Shown here one piece after another: positions 36,974 through 42,658 of a stretch of 42,658 nucleotides of DNA. The first letter of the stretch is position 1. Each line of letters opens with the position of its first letter. A program made the translations under genes and the position numbers. The stretch is taken from positions 1 to 42,658 of the forward strand of contig JBBCAX010000004.1 in the NCBI GenBank assembly GCA_051382335.1, given 5' to 3'. Below the pieces are notes generated by a model. That model was given only the letters and a program-made list of their open reading frames with translations. It did not search any database and had not been told where the DNA came from. This DNA comes from Deltaproteobacteria bacterium TL4 (GTDB lineage: Bacteria > SAR324 > NAC60-12).

Positions 36974-39307
36974 TTAGGAATTACCGATCTCGCGTTTTTT
37001 TTCATAATAGGCTTGTTTGTCTTGATACATCCGCTCATCAGCAACTTGATACATTTCTTCAACAGCGCACTCATCGGAACTGACCGTGCCAATACTGATC
37101 CTGATGGGGAGAACTTCAGTCAACCCATTGGGGTGTTTGGCGATCATGTTTGTGTCTTTTTCCTGGATCCTGATCCGCTCTAATAAGGTTTGAATCCCGG
37201 ACTGAGTAGTCCCATGGCATAAAACAACAAACTCATCGCCGCCAACACGGGCTAAAATTTCTGTCTGTCGACAAACGGACTTCAGCAGTTTTACAACATT
37301 ATCAATCAACAAATCCCCTGTTTTGTGACCAAACACATCATTGGCCCTCTTAAGACCGTTGACATCAATCACCATCATTGAAAAAATGCGTTCTGGAGAC
37401 TCCTTTGCGGTTTGGATGGCTTTGTGGTATTCCCTTTCAAAATAGGCACGATTGAAGATTCCTGTCAGCGCGTCCGTATTCGCCATTTTGACAAGTTGTC
37501 TGTTCAACAGTTTGTTTTCTGAAAAAATGGTCACCTGCTCCAAAAATAACAACATGACATTGACGTTGTCTTGCGTTAACGAGGGTCCCTCAATAATCAG
37601 CTTTCCAATGACATGCTCATTACTATCGATCATTGGAAACACGGTCAGGTGTTTCAGATAGTTTTCCTGAGACTCGCGCATTAAATCAACTTCACCGTTT
37701 CCCTCCCCCGAGGCCTGTCCAGGTGACGACATCAACGATTGAGTTGCCAATTCCAACAGGCTTGCATTATGATCAATCAGAAGGTTTTGTTTGTCTTTCG
37801 AAATCCCCACGAACGATTTACATTCGATGAGTTCCGCGTGGCCTCCATCAATGATGATTCCAAAATTGTAGCTTTCAAACAGTTCATAAAATTGTTTCAG
37901 GGTAAAGTGCAGGGTTTCTTCGAGTTTCTTCGCATGAGTTAAGGCCGTGCTTGTTTCCAAAAGCGTTTGAAAAACTTTGTTGGAATGGTCGAGTTTGAAA
38001 AGCGAGTTTTGTAACGCTTTTGTCCTTTCAGAAACTTTGCTTTCCAGTTGTTCATTGGCTAGCCGTTGTTGTTCTAACGCTTCCGCTTGCACCTTTTCTT
38101 TTTCCAAACGTATGATTTTGAAACGATCCGCAAGGGCTAACGATAAAAGAACAACCTCCATTACCGAACCGATTTGAAAAGCGTATTCTGTGACAAAAAC
38201 GCTAGGTAATAGCCCTGACGCTTTTAAGGCGTAAACGAAGCCTCCTACCATGAGAGCGCTCCACGCAATTAAGAAAAACCGTGCCGTTTTCAATCCATTT
38301 TTCCAACTCACAAAGGCTAAGGGAAAGGCAAAGATCGGCCCGGCTCCCACAAGCACAGTCGTGAGTCTGATGGCAATCGCGTAGTTAAACACTAAAGGCA
38401 GAAACATCGCGGCGAACAAAACAACCATGTAGCCCGAAAGAAACTTGTCCCAGACTGGTAAATGTGTTTGTGTTTCTAAAAAACTGCGACAAAAGATCAG
38501 GGCGAAAATCGCGAAAAAAGGTAAGAACATGGGAAGACTGATATTGGCCCATTGGGGGAAATTGGGCCAAAGGTATTCAAACGCAAACCCATTCACCGAC
38601 ATCTGAAAAAGAATATAACTGCCAATGTAAAGAACGTAGTGGATGTAGGTTTTATCGTTAATCACAAAGTAGATGAATAGATTGTACAACCCCATCACCA
38701 GCATAATTCCAAAAAAGAGCCCAAAGCCAAATTGTTCCTGATTGACTTTTTCAGAGAACGCTTGCGATTCCCATAGCGTTAAAGGCAAAGACAGGGAGCC
38801 TTGCGTTTGAAACCTCAAATATAACGTCTGTGATTGCAGGGGCGGTAAGACCAGGTTGAAAATAAAATTGTGATACAGCAGATCCCGTTTTTCAAAAGGA
38901 AACAGATCTCCTGCTTGTTTGATCACAAAGAGTTCAGGAGTCGAGGGAAGATAAAGATCAATACGATCATGATGAGGATATCCGACCTCCAGCAACATGG
39001 GGTGAGGCATCGGAAAGGGAGAGTTGATTTGAACTTTTATCCAATACGCCGATTGGGTGAAACCAAAATTTGGTGAGGGTTCAGTGCTGGGAATAAACTG
39101 ACTCAAAACCTCTGGCCGTGTCACATCCTCAAGAGTCCACAACCCCTTCTGATCCTCAAGAAGATCCAGGTGCAATCCCAAAACATAGGATTTCTGATGA
39201 CTTTCAAGCATCACAGGAGGAGCTGCTATTATAGACGTATCAAAGCCGATGATCATAAAGAAAACCGCCAAAAACTGAATTTTTGACAGTTTTAAATGAT
39301 GGAGCAT
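36974..39307 (-). CDS. 7TM-DISM sensor diguanylate cyclase
   Basis: NFGFTQSAYW extracellular domain, multiple TM segments, DALTGIFNR, GGDEF. Confidence 0.9.
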   Translation of the reverse strand: MLHHLKLSKIQFLAVFFMIIGFDTSIIAAPPVMLESHQKSYVLGLHLDLLEDQKGLWTLEDVTRPEVLSQFIPSTEPSPNFGFTQSAYWIKVQINSPFPMPHPMLLEVGYPHHDRIDLYLPSTPELFVIKQAGDLFPFEKRDLLYHNFIFNLVLPPLQSQTLYLRFQTQGSLSLPLTLWESQAFSEKVNQEQFGFGLFFGIMLVMGLYNLFIYFVINDKTYIHYVLYIGSYILFQMSVNGFAFEYLWPNFPQWANISLPMFLPFFAIFALIFCRSFLETQTHLPVWDKFLSGYMVVLFAAMFLPLVFNYAIAIRLTTVLVGAGPIFAFPLAFVSWKNGLKTARFFLIAWSALMVGGFVYALKASGLLPSVFVTEYAFQIGSVMEVVLLSLALADRFKIIRLEKEKVQAEALEQQRLANEQLESKVSERTKALQNSLFKLDHSNKVFQTLLETSTALTHAKKLEETLHFTLKQFYELFESYNFGIIIDGGHAELIECKSFVGISKDKQNLLIDHNASLLELATQSLMSSPGQASGEGNGEVDLMRESQENYLKHLTVFPMIDSNEHVIGKLIIEGPSLTQDNVNVMLLFLEQVTIFSENKLLNRQLVKMANTDALTGIFNRAYFEREYHKAIQTAKESPERIFSMMVIDVNGLKRANDVFGHKTGDLLIDNVVKLLKSVCRQTEILARVGGDEFVVLCHGTTQSGIQTLLERIRIQEKDTNMIAKHPNGLTEVLPIRISIGTVSSDECAVEEMYQVADERMYQDKQAYYEKKREIGNS

Positions 39308-39358
39308 TTTAATAACATTCCCGGTTAAACTTTGAAGAACAACTCTTGCCAGACTTCC

Positions 39359-40639
39359 CTAAGAACGACTAGTGATCGGAACATAAGCTCTTTCTGTTGC
39401 TCCGGTATACACCTGTCGGGGACGTCCGATTTTCGTGGGTCCTTGGCTCATTTCTGTCCAATGAGCAATCCACCCGGGCAAACGTCCTATGGCAAACAAG
39501 GGTGTAAACATTTGAATAGGAAATCCTAAGGCCTTATAAATAAGGCCACTGTAATAATCAACATTCGGATAGAGTTTTTTATCTATAAAATAGGCATCTT
39601 TCAGTGCTTTTTCTTCTAATTCCCTGGCAATATCCAACAACGGATCATTCCCTACGGCGTCCAACATTTGATCACAATACCTTTTAATGATGGTTGCTCG
39701 AGGATCAAAATTCTTATAGACACGATGCCCAAATCCCATCAATCTAAAGCTGGAATTCTTGTCTTTGGCTTTTTCTACAAATTTGGAAACATGGCCTCCG
39801 TCGGCTTGAATCTCCAGTAGCATTTCAAGTACCGTCTGATTCGCGCCACCATGTAAGGGTTCCCACAAGGCCGAGATGCCTGAAGAGATTGAAGAATAAA
39901 GGTTGGATTTACTGCTGCCCACCAAACGAACCGTAGAAGTCGAGCAGTTTTGTTCATGATCCGCGTGCAAAATCAACAACACATCCAACGCTTTCGCAAA
40001 AAGTTCAGGAACTTCATACTCCAGCGGTGGTAAGGCAAACATCATGTTCAGAAAATTCGCACTGTACTTCAACTTATTGTTAGGATAGATGAAGGGCAAC
40101 CCTTCACTCTTCTTGTAAGCCCAGGCTGCGATAGTGGGTAACTTACCCATCAAGCGGGAGACCGTCAGATCTATCGACTCCTGATCCGAATGCTCAAAAA
40201 GCGGATAGAACGCGGATAGTGCGGAGACCACACTGGACAGAATGGCCATAGGATGAGCTTTCCCAGGGAACGCTTTAAAAATATGTTTTAAATCTTCATG
40301 CAGTAAGGTGTGCCGTGTGATATTATTCTCAAATTCTGCCAACTGGTCTTGGGTTGGAAGTTTTCCGTAAATCAATAAGTAACTCACTTCTATGAAACTG
40401 GACTGTTCCGCAAGTTGCTCAATGGGATACCCTCGATAGCGGAGAATCCCTTTTTCTCCATCTAAAAAAGTGATTTCGCTCGAACATGAACCTGTATTGA
40501 CAAAACCTGGATCAATGGTAATCATACCTGTTTCTTGTCGCAGATTTGAAATGTCCAGAGCCACTTCTTTTTCTGTTCCCTCAACCAAGGGTATTCCTAT
40601 CCGTTTTCCCTCAACTTCGAGAATTGCCGTTTTGCTCAT
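39359..40639 (-). CDS. gltA: Citrate synthase
   Basis: LHADHEQNCST, HGGAN, GFGHRVYK, YPNVDYYSG. Confidence 0.95.
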   Translation of the reverse strand: MSKTAILEVEGKRIGIPLVEGTEKEVALDISNLRQETGMITIDPGFVNTGSCSSEITFLDGEKGILRYRGYPIEQLAEQSSFIEVSYLLIYGKLPTQDQLAEFENNITRHTLLHEDLKHIFKAFPGKAHPMAILSSVVSALSAFYPLFEHSDQESIDLTVSRLMGKLPTIAAWAYKKSEGLPFIYPNNKLKYSANFLNMMFALPPLEYEVPELFAKALDVLLILHADHEQNCSTSTVRLVGSSKSNLYSSISSGISALWEPLHGGANQTVLEMLLEIQADGGHVSKFVEKAKDKNSSFRLMGFGHRVYKNFDPRATIIKRYCDQMLDAVGNDPLLDIARELEEKALKDAYFIDKKLYPNVDYYSGLIYKALGFPIQMFTPLFAIGRLPGWIAHWTEMSQGPTKIGRPRQVYTGATERAYVPITSRS

Positions 40640-40885
40640 AGTTTATCTCCTCATGGTTAGTAACCAAAGATAATACTTTGATTTATTTTATCGTTTCTAA
40701 TGGTGTTTGTCTTAAGCAGACTTAATCTCTCTATCAAAATCTCTGTAGCAGAGCAAGCTTCATCTGTGACTTTGGCAATATTCCTTTTTGAGTTTCCCTT
40801 TGACAGATTCGGTGTTATGTCTATGCCCTCGTTTACAAAACTTTAAAAAAGACCTGTCTCTGTGCATCAAACTTTCAAAGGGACT

Positions 40886-42340
40886 ATGAACACGCTTCTG
40901 ATCAATACATCTTTCAATCGCTATGCGGGCATGAAGGGGCATGGCGGTTCCTCGGCTCCCTTGAATTTGGCATGCCTCGCCGCTTACTTGCGACAACAAC
41001 GCCTGGACGCGAAAGTCACCATTCTGGATGCGGAAGCCTATGGACTCAGTTATGAAGAAACGCTGGAAAAGATCGCGGAGGTCCAACCGCAACTCCTAGG
41101 GATTACCACCACAACACCCTCATTTGACGTGATTACCGAATTGATCCAGCGTATCAAGCTTCAGTTTCCCTCTGTCTCTGTGATTATCGGAGGTCCTCAC
41201 GCCACGGGCCTTCCTGAAGAGTCCGCAATGATTCCTGGCGTTGCTGCCGCTGTGATCGGGGAAGGCGAGTTAACGTTGGTTCATCTTTATGACGCCATCG
41301 TGAATCGCACAGGTTTCGATTCCATCCCCGGGATTTGTTTCAATGACAAGGGAGTTCCTCATCGCACTCAAAATCAAGCTTTGATTCAGGATTTGGACAA
41401 GCTGCCTTTTCCCGCAAGGGATTTGTTACCGATGCATTTGTATAAAGCACCTCCTACCAAAGCCTTATCTGAAGAAGCTTCTATCAATATTGTCTCTTCC
41501 CGAGGCTGCCCTTTTCATTGCACCTATTGCTTGTCCGATATGATGTGGACTCGGAAATACCGCGAGCGAAGCCCCGAAAATGTGATCGAAGAAATACAGG
41601 AAATCATCCAAAACTATCAAGCCAAGGAATTTAACTTTAACGATGACCTCTTCACGGCCAATAAACGTCGACTGCAACGCTTTTGTGAATTGCTCCTTGA
41701 AAAAAAGCTCCCTATTCGCTGGATTTGTATGAGCCGTGCGGACTACTCTTTGGACTTGGAACTCTTGCGTTTAATGAAAAAAGCGGGTTGTGAAAAAATT
41801 GCGATGGGATTGGAATCAGGTTCCCAGGACGTTCTCAAAGCTATGAATAAACGTCTGGATCTTGCCAAATCGGCTGAAGCCGTTCGACGCATTAAACAGG
41901 CGGGAATCAAAGTGGGAGCCAGTTTTGTGCTTGGGCATGTGGGCGAAACACCGGAAACCCTCAAAGAAACCATCAAACTCGCGAAACGCTGCAATCCGGA
42001 TACCGTTGCGTTTTTTCAAGCAAGCCCTTATCCTGGAACCGAATTTTACCGCATGGTGAAAGAAGCCGGTTATCTGAGAAAAAACCTGAAGTGGGAAGAT
42101 TATGCCATTGTCAGCAACAAGATTTCTACGGTAGACCTCCCGGGACTGCCTGCGGAAGAAATCCATCGTTGGGTGATTCGTGCGTATCGTTCTTTTTATC
42201 TAAGTCCTCGGTACCTTCTGACACGCCTTTGGAACATTCGCTCCTTACACGATATCTCCAATCTACTGGCAGGGTTCTGGATTTTCGTAAAAATTACGGC
42301 CACAACTCCACCGAGGCTTTTCAAAGATAAACGGAGATAA
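40886..42340 (+). CDS. B12-binding radical SAM enzyme
   Basis: GGPHAT, GEGE, SRGCPFHCTYC. Confidence 0.9.
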   Translation: MNTLLINTSFNRYAGMKGHGGSSAPLNLACLAAYLRQQRLDAKVTILDAEAYGLSYEETLEKIAEVQPQLLGITTTTPSFDVITELIQRIKLQFPSVSVIIGGPHATGLPEESAMIPGVAAAVIGEGELTLVHLYDAIVNRTGFDSIPGICFNDKGVPHRTQNQALIQDLDKLPFPARDLLPMHLYKAPPTKALSEEASINIVSSRGCPFHCTYCLSDMMWTRKYRERSPENVIEEIQEIIQNYQAKEFNFNDDLFTANKRRLQRFCELLLEKKLPIRWICMSRADYSLDLELLRLMKKAGCEKIAMGLESGSQDVLKAMNKRLDLAKSAEAVRRIKQAGIKVGASFVLGHVGETPETLKETIKLAKRCNPDTVAFFQASPYPGTEFYRMVKEAGYLRKNLKWEDYAIVSNKISTVDLPGLPAEEIHRWVIRAYRSFYLSPRYLLTRLWNIRSLHDISNLLAGFWIFVKITATTPPRLFKDKRR

Positions 42341-42503
42341 ATTCCTTTTCAATCAATCGCATGGAACTCCAATCGAGTGTTTCCGCCAACTCCGAGGGCA
42401 GATAACTCTGAAGAAAACTCGCGGCTTCTTTGGTATCAGAAAAGACCGTTTTGAAAAGCTTATCGTGCGGATTATGAATTGTGTCTTGAGTGGATTTTTT
42501 CAT
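42321..42503 (-). pseudogene. Rpn/YhgA-like nuclease N-terminal fragment
   Basis: HNPHDKLFKTVFS...FLQSYLP...LDWSS; ends after about 60 aa, overlapping the radical SAM gene stop. Confidence 0.75.
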
Positions 42504-42519
42504 GGGAAGGTCTCGTGTA

Positions 42520-42658
42520 TAGACGTTCATTAAATAAATTCAGAAAACTCATCCTGTCGCGAGATCCGTTTAAACAACGCTGTTTCAGGAGTGCCAAAGC
42601 TTGCTTTGGCCAGAAAGGCGAAGGCCTTTCTTTGGTTTTGGCCCAGGGCTGTTCATTT
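42520..42658. mobile_element. MITE family B end; other end not seen in the window
   Basis: TAGACGTTCATTAAATAAATTCA matches the 21498 and 15320 ends; inner palindrome GCCAAAGCTTGCTTTGGC. Confidence 0.6.

Overview
Bacterial chromosomal window; gene content is compatible with a deltaproteobacterial/SAR324-like host (inference only). The core backbone is a histidine kinase, UvrD/Rep helicase, lipid kinase, DUF62 SAM hydrolase, fliJ-motE-like-fliK-flgD-flgE, a methyltransferase-GT2 fusion, CheY-like, PP2C, OmpA/MotB-like, GGDEF, gltA and B12 radical SAM genes. It is interrupted between the convergent DUF62 gene and flgE by about 16.7 kb of accessory DNA. Three direct copies of the junction 'DUF62 3' end + terminator + flgE 3' end' (7220, 14945, 23999) divide this DNA into two tandem islands with no recognisable integrase. 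Island 1 is decayed: a group IIC-attC intron remnant, integron cassettes with an attC, a broken type I R-M operon containing a RAYT-like transposase, and RhuM and RhuM-Fic genes. Island 2 is an intact type I Zorya operon whose ZorD ends in an HNH nuclease, with a MITE between the probable SD and the start codon of zorB. Many small MITE shells carrying REP-like palindromes occur, often at rearrangement breakpoints. No rRNA, tRNA or CRISPR array was seen.
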